The notes: generated by a model not told the origin, from the letters alone. A stretch of DNA of 64,000 nt from Camelus dromedarius (GCF_036321535.1 NC_087437.1:100008001-100072000); one strand, 5' to 3'; shown: positions 13,692 to 26,839, counted from the stretch's first letter. Numbers and translations: made by a program.

Positions 13692-15543
13692 TTGGCCATT
13701 TTGCTTCCCAGGTGGGAAATTGAACACAATAATTGTTATTAGGGTATCTCTTAATTGAAGGAATGTGTATAGTAATATTAATGTGAATAAATATCCAAGG
13801 CCAGGGTGTTCCTAAAAATGTGTGTGATAAGTGTTAAAACAAGTAAGAATACTCAAATCAATATTAATGTCTATGTTGGTTTATGATCTGCCAAATGTGA
13901 ATTCTTTCCTCAAATACACAGGTGAATTGGCTGATTATTATTTGACAGGACACATTTCACCTGCAGCAAAATTCAACACTTTACTATCCATAGCATTGTT
14001 TGAAAGCTAATCAATATTTTTGCTAAAGCTCCAGGCACTAGAAGCTAATTGTATGTAACACTGCTGGATGGAAAATATGAAATCAGATTTACATGTTTCT
14101 GGCTGCCTTTAATATAGTGGTAGGGTTATAATTATCAGGTAAGATCTGCTATTGAATCATGAGGTTTTGGATTAGCTGTTAGGACATGGGAGTTTCAGCA
14201 AACATTGATTATGCTTCTGATAATATTTTTCAAACTTAATTAGATGGTCAATGTCAGGTTAGGTAAAAGAATGCCTGAGAACTCTTTTTTGGCTCAGAAA
14301 GGCAGGAAAAGATGAAAAATGTAACAATAGAAAGCATCCAAGAGAATAAGACCTTGTTTTTGGCTCAATTTAACAAATGAGAGCTTGAAGAGGAAACTCG
14401 TATACTAACACAGAAATTCACAATTATCCTGGTATCAGCAGACGTTTAGACCAAAAAAAGAAAGCTTCTGTGTGATTACATTGAAAAGAGTATCCATTTG
14501 TTTTGAGATAATTATTCACCTTCAGTCACACACTTTAGACTTGTAATTCACAGGTGCAGGAAACCAGGATTATATTATCATATCCAAAATGCTTATTCAG
14601 TCATTTAAATATTACAGAATAGTTGGCTGCAAATGCCTCTAGGAACTTAAAAATTGTATCATTTCTCCTGATTATGTGTCTTAAAACTTGACTCTTAGAA
14701 ATAGCAAGATATTATGATCATATTTCACAGACATAACAGACAGGAAGCCAACCTGCTAACATGAAAGATTAATTTTAATCATGTTCTTCTATTGCCTGCA
14801 TTTTTAAAACGTTGATATTCATGTTACATCTATCATATATCATTTAGACTCAATCAACAATTCACCTCTTTAAACTATTAATAATAAACTAAAGCATTTA
14901 TTAACATACTGGTTGACTTACATCTTAAACCTAATTCGCAATCCAACACTTTAATATAAAACCGAGCACTGGAATAAACAGCGTTAGCTTTTCCTTGCTC
15001 AGATATCAAGGTTGACTTTAAAATAAGTCAGTTTACCATTGTAAGCTATGAATTAATGTGCCTTATAAATATGCCTTGTTGACCGATTAATGAAATGCTT
15101 ATAATTGCAAATGGTAAATTAGATTGAGGCAGATGGATAGATATACGAATCTATTTGAAATGTACTTCCTATTGCATTAGGCTTGGCCTTATTTGGGGCT
15201 TGGGTAATAATATGTTTTCAGGTAATTTGGAGTGATTTTCTGCCCTGAGCACTGATCACGCTCTCAATCAGCTTTAGTGACTGAAATGAGCGTTGTTCTC
15301 CACTCCTACCCTCCACACATTAACTCAAAATTGATTTTTTTTACCCATTTTTCTAGAACGCTGCAGGCAGCAGGTGATCAGTTCAGGAAGAAAACCAGTC
15401 TTCATCCCAGTTCTTTTTATTTTCCCAGGCTCCTAACGATGATGGCTGTGATCATATATGGCCTACAAATTCACTATGGATGTTATGTGGACTTCATCAC
15501 TGCTCCTCCCTCTTCTACCTATTTTATTAATAATCCCCTTGAC

Positions 15544-15760
15544 GGGGGAGGGTAATAACTCAGTGGTAGAGTGCACATTTAGCATGCACAAGGTCCTGGG
15601 TTCAACCTTAGTACCTCCATTAAAAAAATTAGTAAATAAATAAACCTAATTATCTCCCCCTCTTCAAAAAATAAATGAAATAAAAATTAAATAAATTAAT
15701 CTATTTTTAAAACGTAAAACAATTAGCATGCAAACTAATAAGAAATAAAGTTAAAAATAG
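15544..15760 (+). mobile_element. tRNA-derived SINE (camelid Vic-1 type)
   Basis: Head 'ggggagggtaataactcagtggtagag...gtcctgggttcaa' with A and B boxes; A-rich tail; TSD taatccccttg at 15531-15541 and 15761-15771. Confidence 0.9.
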
Positions 15761-15784
15761 TAATCCCCTTGGGACTTCAGCCCT

Positions 15785-16070
15785 TATCCATTTATTCAGC
15801 AAAAATTAGGTAAGTGCTGGCCACACAAAGCTAGGACATGACATTTTGGAGGAAAGCATGGTCTACATGGGAACCAGATAAACATATGGTTTAGCTGATG
15901 AAGTGTAAAGAGTACTCAGTTGGTGGTTTGAACAAAAAGATTACTTGAGTGGGAAAGAGGAGATGTCATTTGAATTCGTTTTAAAAATTAAATGAAATTT
16001 TGTCAGATTCCTCAGATTGGCATAGCATTTCAGACAAAAGGAAACATCTGAGTATATAACATGGAGCTTA
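15785..16070 (-). mobile_element. L2 fragment
   Basis: Starts 'atccatttattcagcaaaaatt'; downstream purine-rich L2-like tract. Confidence 0.5.
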
Positions 16071-16159
16071 ATTTCTTTTCTCTTAATTTAATGTAAATCA
16101 AATTATTATATCACTATGTCTTTTCTGAAAACTGAGATCAATTAAAAATCACTCCTACA

Positions 16160-18470
16160 GGGTCCCGTCAAGATGGTGTAATAGGACCACAAGCTCGCCT
16201 CTCCTTGCAACTACAGCAAAACCACAACTAACTGCTAAACAACCATAGAAAAAAAAAAAAAAGACTGGAACCTAGCAAAAAAGATCTTCTTCAGTTGAAA
16301 ACATAAAGAGGGAACCACAGCGGGATGGTAGGAGGGGCGTACTCACAATAGAATTGAGCCTCATACCCCCAGGGTGGGCAACCCACAAGCTGAAGAATAA
16401 TTAAGTCACAGAGGCCCTCCTACAGGAGTGAGAGTTCTAAGCCCCACATCAGGCTCCCTAGCCTGGGGTTCTGGCATTGAGAGGAGGAGGAGACCCCAGG
16501 ACATCCGGTTTTAAAAGCCAGTGGGGCTTAACCCCAGAAGCCCCACAGGATTGGAGGAAACAGAGACTTCATTCTCTTGGGAAGGATACACAGAATCTCC
16601 TGTGCACCAGGTCCAAGGGCAGAGGCAGTGATTTTATAGGACCCTGGGCCAGACCTGCCTGCTGGTTTTGGAGGATCTCCTGGAGAGGTAGGGGACAGCT
16701 GCAGCTCACCGAGGGGACATAAAAGCTGGTGGTGGACAATCCAGGAGTGTTCATCTACATGAGCTTTCCTGGAGGCTGACATCTTGATTGAATCATTAGC
16801 ACCAAGACCTAACCCTACTCAATAGCCTGTAGGCTTAAGGACTGGGAAGCCTCAAGCCAAACAACATACTAGGTGGGAATAAAGCCACACCCATCAGCAA
16901 ACTTCCTGAGCCACAAATGCCTCTGGCCCTACCCACCAGAGGTCAAGGACCAAGCTTCACTGAACAGTGGGCAGGCACAAACTCCTCCTGACAGGAAACC
17001 TGCATAAGCCTCTAGTTCAGCCTCATCCACCAGGAGGCAGGTACCAGAAATAAGAAAACAACAATTCCAAAGCCTGTGGAAGGAATCCACAAACACAGGA
17101 TAGACTCTACACTGAGACTGGCTGGACCTTGGCCCTTGGGTGACAACAGAGGAGTGTACTGCTGGGACACATAGGACATCTCCCACAGAAAGCCATATTT
17201 CCTTGGTTGAGAAACGTAACTAACCTACCTAAAAATACAAATAGAAAGATAGACAATATGAGGCAGCCAAGGAATATCTCCCAGGCCAAGGCACAAGATA
17301 AAATCCCACAAGAAGTAAGTGATGAGAGGATAGGCAATTTATACAAGAAAGTGTTTAAAGTAATGATGGTGAAGATGTTCAGAGAACTCAGAATGAGTAC
17401 AGATGCACAGAACAAAGTTTTAGCAAAGAGTTGGAAAATATAAAGAATACCCAGAGATGAAGAATAAATATAAAAATATAAAGAATACCCAAAATATATA
17501 TATCTATATATAAAAATATATAAAGAATATAAATATAAAATATAACGAATACCCAAACAGAGATGAAGAATAAAATCACTGAAATGAATAACACACTAGA
17601 AGAAACCAAGAATAGACTAAATGAGGCAGAAGAATGGATTAGTGAGCTAGAAGATGGATTAGTGGAAACTGCTACTGTAGAACAGAAAAAAGAAAAAAGA
17701 ATGAGGGGGAGGGTAGAGTACATGCTTAGCATATGCACAAGGTCCTGGGTTCAATCCCCAGTACTTCCATTTAAATAAATAAATAAATAAACAAATAAAC
17801 AAACAAACAAACCTAATAACCCTCCCAAAAAAACAACCACACAACAACAACAACAACAACAACAACAAAGAATGAAAAGAAATAAGGATAGTTTAAGAGA
17901 ACTCTGGGACAATATGAAGCCCACTAATATTCGCATTATAGGGGTTCCAGGAAGAGGAGAGAGAGAGAAAAGGACCTGAGAAAATATTTGAAGCGATAAT
18001 AACTGAAAATTTCCATTACTTGGAAAAGGAACAGTCACCCAAGTCCAGGAAGTGCACAGGATCAACTCAAAGAGAAACAAACCAAAGCACATAGTCATCA
18101 AATTGACAAAAATTAAGGATAAGGAGAAAATATTAAAATTAGCAAGAGAAAAGCAACAAATAACATACAAGGGAACTCCCATAAGGTTATCAGCTGATTT
18201 TTCAGCAGACACTCTACAGGCCAGAAGGGAGTGGCACGATATATTTAAAGTAATGAAAGAGGAAAACTTACAACCAAGAATACTCTATCCAGCAAGTCTC
18301 TCATTCAGATTTGATGGAGAAATCAAGTATCACAGATAAACGAAAGCTAAAAGAACTTAGCACCACCAAACCAGCTTTACAACAAATGTTAAAGGAACTT
18401 CTCTAATCATCAGACCGTAAGAAAAAAGAACAAAAACAAAGAAGGAGAAAAAAAGAAAGACCTACAAAAG
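16160..18470 (+). mobile_element. L1 5' UTR plus ORF1 (pseudogenised), interrupted by a SINE
   Basis: 5' 'caagatggtg' YY1-like start; ORF1 remnants 17563-17700 (MKNKITEMNNTLEE) and 18052-18339 (ITYKGTPIRLSADFS...LQPRILYPA). Confidence 0.9.
17705..17866 (+). mobile_element. Vic-1-type tRNA SINE inserted in L1 ORF1, A box deleted, (CAA)n tail
   Basis: 'gcacaaggtcctgggttcaatccccagtac'; TSD aaagaatga at 17696-17704 and 17867-17875. Confidence 0.9.
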
Positions 18471-18769
18471 ATTGCTTTTCAATTCGGGGTCTTTTATGGT
18501 TCCAAATAAATTCTGGAATTGTTTGTTTTAGTTCTGTGAAAAACATCGTGAGTATTTTGACAGGGGTTGCATTGGCTCTGTAGATTGCTTTGGGTAGTGT
18601 GGCCATTTTGAAAATGTTGATTCTTCCAATCCAAGAGCACAAGATCTTTCCATTTCTTTGTGTCATCTTCAATTTCCTTCATCAGTGTTTTATGGTTTTC
18701 AGAATACAGGTAACCTCCTTGGTTAAGTTTATTTCTAGGTATTTTGTTCTTTTTGATACAATGGAAATG
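18470..18769 (-). mobile_element. Inverted L1 ORF2 mid-region fragment
   Basis: Minus-strand peptides [16 protein letters not shown] and [21 protein letters not shown]...[10 protein letters not shown]. Confidence 0.9.
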
Positions 18770-18844
18770 TTTATGCCAGTTATAAAATTCTGGTTTTTGA
18801 AGTGAGGGAAAAAAAAAAAAAAAAAAAAAAAACAGTGAATGAAG

Positions 18845-19176
18845 GGCTACAAATGGCAAAATACCCTTTTTTATGGGTGAGTTGTATTCCATTATATATA
18901 CACGTATATCTTCTTTATCCAATCATCTATTGATGTGCACTTAGGATGCTTCCATATCTTGGCAATTATAAACAATGTTGCTATTAATAGTGGGGTGTAT
19001 GTATCTTTTTGAATTAATGTTTTTGTTTTTCTCAGATATATGCCCAGGAGTGGAATTGCCGGGCCATATGGCGGCTCCATTTTTAGGTTTTTGAGAAATC
19101 TCCATATTGTTTTCCACAGTGGCAGCACCAATTTACATTCCCACCAACAGTGTATAAGGGTTCCCTTTTCTCACAC
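18845..19176 (-). mobile_element. L1 ORF2 C-terminal fragment
   Basis: ORF 18892-19131 ([11 protein letters not shown]...PAIPLLGIY...WKHPKC). Confidence 0.9.
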
Positions 19177-20439
19177 GTATTTAAGAAGAGTGGATGTTAT
19201 GTAGCAAGAGCTGCCTGTACGTTGTTGCACATGGCTGTCTCTGTGTTGAAATGCTTTTTAATTTATTATTTTTTGCTTCCCATTCTTTACAAATTTGTTG
19301 TTTACTTGTTTAATAGAGATAAAAAATTAATAAATCATATGTGAAAAATATATCATTACGATGTGAGGCTCTCTCAAAAAATACATCATGATGTGAGTAA
19401 TAACATCTGGTATCTTTCCTCTTAAACACTTGTCAGTTTATCTTGCAGGCTGTTTTAAGTTGCAGTACTGTCATTTTCAACCATATCTGAGGGCCCACAG
19501 GTGGTGAAGTAAAATCTTTTGAAGATCCTAATATATTTCTTATCTACAACTGCTCTGGAATTCCTTAGGAAAAGATGAGGCCCTGATAGGAAATGGAAAA
19601 TACAAGTTTCAGACACAGGGAGATTTGATTTCATAAAATTAGACAATTCTCTGGAAGTGCTCAGGACAGTGCCTGGTGCATAATAAAAGATGATCAAGAA
19701 GTACTTGATTCATTCTCAATCTCCCCTAGGATCCCCACTTAGCCAGTTTCAGAAAAGCTCTCCTGAGGATTTTTAAGTTTCTCCTCATTGGCATTTTGGT
19801 GGTGACCCAGGTAAATCCTGCTGTCCCTTCAACGATGCAGTTCAAAGAACAAAAGTCAGGAAGGTTTTGGCCTTTTGGATTTTCATGGAATTTTCAACGT
19901 TTGTTTCAACGTTTGAGTCTCTGATTTGCTGTGACCTGTCATGTCTGACTGCTGCAGTAAGTAAGTGAGAGCCATTACACAGCTGCACAACTGGGGGGAC
20001 TTGTCACAGACCAGTTGTTGGACTCAGCAGGGGATCAGTGAGGATTCAGCACAAGAAAGCAGACAGGCACTTTAATTTGAGTAATGCTAACATTCACAAA
20101 TTGTCATATGATGGAAATCATTGGCAGTGTGTAAGCTCTGAAGCAAAGGAAGGAAAAGCAGAACAACCAGGGCTTGGAATTTCCAGGACATCCTTGACGG
20201 CTGGCAGCTGACACAGTCAGATGAGCATCTAACTCATGTGGTGGATTCAGGACAAACAAGAGTAGGACTGACAGAGACATCTAGGGGAATCCCTAGCAAG
20301 CCCCTGGGTTCTCTAAAGCACCTTTATCCTAATAAAAGACATTTCTACGAAGAGGCTGCTGCGTTCCAGTCCCAGGCTCTCAGCCAGCAATGTTTCTTTA
20401 TTGAGAAAAGGACATTACAGAGAGCCGGGAAGCTATAAT

Positions 20440-20790
20440 AAATCTATGGCACAGTCCTTGACTTCAGGGACTCTTGCTGAAACTATTTATATACACAGGA
20501 ACCTACCCCAAAACAACAAATGAAGTACACATGTGGAGATAACATGTAAATGAATTTAATATGGCTTAATATAGCTCCAAATTCATTTCTGAATACCACA
20601 GCAGTAAAGTTATCAAGAATATCAAGCCAGGCTAATCATGAATAATTCCTCATAAGAAATTAATTTTGAGGTAAGTTTTGACAGAGATGAAGGATAAGGA
20701 TTGGTGTACAAGATGGGGAAACACACAGACCCGAACAGCATGTTCAGTATCAGCTGAACATGTAAAAGTGCTTAAACAAAATTATAGGGC
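20440..20790 (-). mobile_element. L2 fragment
   Basis: 'cacagtccttgacttcagggactc' and downstream L2-like sequence. Confidence 0.4.
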
Positions 20791-23700
20791 ATGAAGAAGA
20801 AAAGGGCGTAAAGGACATAAAGTCAACCTGTGTGACCTCACAATTTGTTGATATAATTTCAAGTTTTTGTGGGTACAAGTCTGGTAATACCTCTGCCAAA
20901 CGTCGTGCCTTTACCACCACTCCTGAAATCAAAGGCCCACCCACAGTCTCCCAGGGAGAACCACTTGAGAACAGAATTGAAAGTCTCCAGAGTTCTACGG
21001 GGGACGTGACACGGGGTGGGTGTCAGAATGACAGTAGCTGCAGCTCTCAGACTCGGGAGGTACCGACTAACACTCCTGTCCCTTAATTATAGTTTACTGG
21101 TGAGATCATTGAGAAAGGCAAGCTCTTACCTACTAACTGGGATACAGATGAACTGAGAATGGTAAAATCACTTTCCCTTAATTCCCCCCAAAAATCCCTC
21201 CTCTCAGGACCCCACCCTAAAAATCAGCCTCACCCACAAGCATGGTCACCAGGAAAGTGAAGCAGATCTACACCGTGGATAAATGGAATGAGTGTAAAGT
21301 TGGATCCTGAGCTCATCCAAAAGAAATGCTAAAAAGTTGTGAACAGATAGAATTTTGGTAAATCGTTTCTGTATTTCATTTACTTTTATTAAAATATCAG
21401 TGATTTTGTTTTTATCCCTTCTTATTCTTCAATTGGCCTCCATCATTTTGGTCTTTGCCTCTTAGCCAAGTAGTCAGAAAAAAAAAATCATTTAACAACA
21501 CTCAAGTGAATCTGGAGAGGAATCATTAAAAAGAATCCCTCCATGACGCTGACTCACTTACATACGTATCAAAGGGTGAGCTTTCTAAGAGTTAGACGTA
21601 TCTTTATACTTTTCCTTTTATTATTAATTTTGTTATCTTTATGGTTGGGCTTCTCTGGGATTAGCATTAGTTTATACTTATTAAAAGCAGATGCTTATAT
21701 TTTCAGCATTCTCCAATCGAATGACACATGAAGCAGCAAAGTTGATAAGCATGTTTATGGATAAGAAAATACAAGCGGAGCCAAAGCAATCTTGGAAAAC
21801 TGAATTGACTTCTTACAGCCTAATGACTTTTGAAAATTGATGAAATTTCTGTGGCTGAAGAAAAGGCAGCAACCTCCAACATTTTAGAGTAATATGTATC
21901 CATATGCGAAAGGTATTTACTTCCCGACAGTTATTTCAGGAAACCTAAATAGCGAGGTTATTAGGATGACAGCATGCAGAAGGGGGGTTATTATTCAAGA
22001 AATTTTAGCAGGAGTGGATATTGCTTAATACATGACCACAGAGTAACAGTGGCAAGAAGTCCAATAGGAAAGGCAATGGAAAGGGAACATGGAAGAGGGT
22101 GATAAAGTCAACAAGGAGTGAAAAAATGAAGAAGGTAACAGGAAGAGTGTGAAATTAAGCTTCTTTTTCTAGAGCAATTTTCCCAGCCAGACGCTCATCC
22201 CCGCCACCACCAACGCCTCCACGGTCTCCCTGCAGGTATCTCTGCCCCTAGCTCCCTTCCATGTCACCACTGCATTAGATTTCACGCCTCCTGCTCTGAT
22301 GATGCCACTCCTCCTGCTTTATGGTTTAGAGAGATCTTGGGTTATTAATCACTGGGCAGAATTCATACTCCTCATCGGGCAATCCCATGATCCCAATTAC
22401 TCTACAAGCCCTGATTTTTTTAATTCAGTGTCACATGAAATTATCTGCTGAAGTCAAGGCAGTCTTTTTGTGTCCCTTCTTTTTTCCCTCTTTCCCTTTG
22501 CTCACAAGTTTTGTATTCATTCCAAGCCCTACACCTTTGATTCCACCATTTCCCCTCTGAAGAATTATTCTGTATTCCACAAATAGAAAATCTGCTCTAA
22601 TTTCAAGGAAATATGGGAAAACAACAGTCAAATTTTCTTTCTGCCTCTTGATTCAAATTCCTGAGAACAAATGATCACCCCAGCTCATTGTGTGAGCAAG
22701 TCCATTGGAGAGGATGCTGACCAGACTAGGGTTGCGAGTCTGTTTCAGATCCCACCTACACTGGCTTGGACGGGAGTGAGGGTGGTGTGCATGAGCACGT
22801 GTATGTGTGTTGAGGGAGTGTCCTGTCCCCTCATGGGGCTACTATTTAGTGGAAATTCTAAATGTGGGGACCCCACTTAGACTGAACTGTAGATATCAGT
22901 GCTCTTGCCCATAACTCAAAATATCTGCTTCTGATGTTTCTGTGTTTTTGCACAAGGCGCCAGCTCTCTATGCTTTGCATCTTTTTAGTCAACAGAGAAG
23001 CCCTTTTCTTCTTAATCAGTTTGCCACATCAGGTTAACGATTAAAAAGCAAATTTAGTTCTTTCTATGAAGTTTCATATTCAGGATCATATTGAATTTCC
23101 ATAATTAAAGAAGACATTCATATTGCTTCTAGAGATAATAAATTTTGGCTGGATATAAAACAGCCGTCAACCTTAATCTTGAAAAATTCTGGTCTGGAGC
23201 CAACAGCCTTAGAGTATTGTGCCTGGTTTAATCTGGCCAAACAATGAGACAGACATATAACTTCTCACTTGATTTTTTCTTTTTTTTTCTGTGAAGCTCA
23301 AATGCCTTCCAGTGTAAACTGAACATTACAAAATGATCAATATATATTATTGTTTCCAAAAAAAACTACTTGTAAGCAGTGTGTGAATCTTTCCCCAAGT
23401 AAAATATTTTGATCTTAATTATGATTCTTCTATAGGATGGAGTACTTGTCTGCTTTCATAATAAGTAGACATTTGTCTAAAATTAATTGTCAAATCAAGC
23501 CTTCTCCACAAACACTTTGAAAAACCAAATATCAATAAATTATTTTACACTTTGCAACGTCTTCACTTTCTTATCCTAAGCAAATTATTATCTCAGTAGG
23601 ATTAGAGAAATCCTACTTAAACTTTGTTTTACATTGCCCTAAATGTTGAACCAATAATATTACTTGTCCCCTCCCACCAAGCCCTATTTTCCTTCATAGC

Positions 23701-23818
23701 TATTAAATTTACATCAAGGCCAATTTTTACATTTTAAAGTTAGTTTTCAATTTAATCTTGATAAGCCACACCCTGTTTTTGGAGGAAATATCTTTTTCTT
23801 TAAGAGTGGTGGGCAGTT

Positions 23819-24193
23819 AGAAAAAGAAAGAAAAATACCTTTTGATAGCACTTATATGTGGAATCTTAAAAAAAAAAAAAGACACAAATGAACTTGTTTA
23901 TAAAACAGAAATAGACTCAGACATAGAAAACAAATTTAGGGTTACCGAGGGGGAAAAGAGTGGAAAGGGATAAATTGGGAGCTTGAGATTTGAAGATGCG
24001 AACTGCTATATATAGAATAGATAACAAGTTTATACTATATTGCATGGGGAACTATAGTCAATATCTTGTAGCAACCTATAGTGAAAAACAATATGAAAAG
24101 AAATATATGTATGTATATGTATGACTGAAACATTATGCTGGACACCAGAAACTGATACAACATTGTAAACCGACTATACTTCAAAAAAAAAAA
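23819..24193 (+). mobile_element. L1 3' end, 5'-truncated
   Basis: 'cacttatatgtggaatctt...cattgtaaaccgactatacttc' plus A tail; degenerate TSD tggtgggcagtt / tggtgagctgtt. Confidence 0.9.
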
Positions 24194-24759
24194 TGGTGAG
24201 CTGTTTCTGTAGGCTCAGTGTGTCCTGGGGAATGAGGATTTAAGATTTTCAAGTGCATCAAACACATGCCCTCATTTGATAGCCTTGTGTCTCATTCCTT
24301 GTTAATCAGGGCCCTAGTCTCGTCACGGCAAATCTGACTAGTCAAGGAACTTGACTTTCTCTAGAGCTATGCCAGCCTTAAGTCCTACGCCTAATTCTCC
24401 AGCCTTTTCTACCTTCAGGCTGCATGGGATGAAAATCTCTTTGTGTGTTTCCAATACGGCCCTTTGGTTTTCACATTTAGCCCTTTATTGGTGGTTAACC
24501 TTCTTCAGTCTTTCATTTTCTCTTCCCCAAAGCATCAGTTGCCCCCAGAAAGCACCATGCAGTAATACTGCCCTTGTAATCACTATTTCCCACATGAGCT
24601 CAAATGCCTAACACACTGCACCCACCACTGTATTTTCCTTCACCAGCACAGCCTCCCATTTTGCCCTCGATGAGAGCTTTATCACCGCTACCTTGTGCCC
24701 AGGGCTCTCCGTATTCTGCCTCATTACTCACTGAGCAGCGGGTAATCCAGCTCCCATTT

Positions 24760-25245
24760 CAGTACCTGTTTCCTCAGACCATTGTCAGATAGTCACAGCT
24801 TTGGATCCACATGAAGTATACTCTGGGGTGAAAATTAGCAAATTGGAGCTTCATTAAGGCATACTCTTGGATCAGTAATAGTGGGAGAAGGGAACAATAG
24901 CAAATTTGGGTGGAGGAAAACTTTGGTCTGTGGTGTAGGTACCACGAGCCCTTAGCCAAATTCACAGGGGGATCAGAAGTTGGCAGGACTCTTCTGAGTT
25001 GAATTAAATTGAAGAGAGGAAGTAAGGCTTTTATATGCTTTCATTGACTAGGTATTAGAAGCAGATTCCCAGCTCTCTCTACTTCCCCACACACACCCTC
25101 ACCCCAGAAAGGGAGCATAATCTTGATAAAGGGCCCTATCTTCAGCTAAGGACGATTCCCACAGAGGGCAGACAGCTGAAAGTGTCAGCCCTCAATCTTT
25201 GGCTAATAAATCCCTTATTCCCAGAGTGGGGATCTGGATGATGTA
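24760..25245 (-). mobile_element. Old ERVL LTR (LTR16-like)
   Basis: Degenerate similarity to the recalled LTR16 reverse consensus ('actctggggtgaaaattagc...tcttggatca...cccttagccaaattcacagggg'). Confidence 0.45.
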
Positions 25246-25279
25246 GGCTATTACTAAAGGATTAAGTATTGATAAGAGA

Positions 25280-26270
25280 CATGTCGAAAGGGCATGGGAC
25301 CCAGTTTGAAGGATATCCCATTGGATAATTTTGGACTAATGTAAAAAAAAATTATAATAGGTTTTAAAGTATTGGACAAAAAAAGAATCCAGGTGTCCAT
25401 AACTATCCTAAAATGGTGAGTAGGTAGACGTCCTTGTTTGTAGAATAATGCCAGTTAATTACTGTATAATGACAGAAATATAACAATTAGATCACTGTCA
25501 TGGTTTAGTTATTAATAAGTGCTAGAACTACTGGCTGAGAACTTACTGAGGATCAGGTTTTCATATAATTTCAAACTATCAGCATATGGAATATACATTA
25601 ATTATCAAGCAGAAAAAGCACCTTTATAATCAGGAGATCTTGTAGATACCACCATAACCAAGTGATAAATTTAGTATCACCAATAAGATGGAAAAAAAAA
25701 ACCCAGATATCATTAGCCTTTCAATTTGATGCAATGGGAAGTACAAAACATTATTTATGTATTATTCTTGACAAAATGTTTAACTTGAATCTAGTCATAA
25801 AGAAGCAATTGGATAAATCCAGACTGTGAGATAGTTTATGAGACCACTAGGCTGGATTCTTCAAAAATATCATAATCATGAAAAACAGCAAGTGTAAGAT
25901 GACTGTCCTAAACTAAAGGAGTTCAAAGAAATATGACAAATGTACTATAAAAACATTAATCAGGTCCTGAATTGAAAATTAAAAAGGACATTTGGGGCTC
26001 AACTGGGTAAATACATGTGCATTAGATATTACTACTGTATCAACAGGAAATTTCTTCAGTGTGATTATGTCAGTGACCTGCTGAAATACTTACGGGTCAA
26101 GGATCTTGATATCACCGTTGCAATTTTGAAAGTTATTCTTAAAAGGGACATGGAGAGAAAAATATGATAAAATGTTAACAATTGGTGAATCAAGGTAAAG
26201 TTTACATGGGCATTTGTAATATTACACTTTTCAATTTTTATCAGTTTCAATTTTTTCAAAATGAAATAGA
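25280..26270 (+). mobile_element. Old L1 3' UTR (L1MC/L1ME-type)
   Basis: 'aaagaatccaggtgtccata', 'accataaccaagtgataaa', 'taacttgaatctagtcat', 'aatgttaacaattggtgaatc'. Confidence 0.75.
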
Positions 26271-26642
26271 AAATTCTAAAATGTTAACTCAAATCCTGAT
26301 CCAATTTCCACAAATCTCCTGTTAATAAGATCTGTGTTGTGAACTTCAACTGCTTTGAATTCTGATTACAACCTTCCTCAAACCAATCTTTCTTTCTAGC
26401 ATTAAAAGCAAAGTGATTTTTAAGAGAAAATACATATATCACACTTATTTTAACTACATTTCCATGACTCCTATCCAAGTCTTTTTTTAACAGTCATTTT
26501 CACCCTGACAAATGCCTACAACTGTCAAAATGAAATGTCAACCCTAGTAATTTTCCCTAATGTTTCCCTTTGACATCTTTGTAGGTTTCAAGAGACTACT
26601 TCCATTGACTGAGGTGAAGGAGGAGGCTCTGACTACTTTGGC

Positions 26643-26767
26643 AAGAAGAAAGGAAGAAAGAAAGGAAGAAAGAAAAGAAAAGGAAAGGAAAGGAAGAAAG
26701 AAAGGAAGAAAGAAAAGGAAAGGAAAGGAAGAAAGAAAGGAAGAAACAAAAGAAAGAAAGAAAGAAA

Positions 26768-26839
<72 letters not shown>

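Noticed and set aside
15544..15620. tRNA gene
   Set aside because: tRNA-like head followed by an A-rich tail and TSD, so it is a SINE; the same applies to 17705-17866
17107..18212. Long antisense ORFs (149, 116 and 153 aa)
   Set aside because: Reverse-strand readings of A-rich L1 ORF1, the SINE and simple repeats
21690..21840. Acceptor followed by an open frame (FSNRMTHEAAKLISMFMDKK...)
   Set aside because: In-frame stop reached without a convincing donor, weak pyrimidine tract, no recognisable homology
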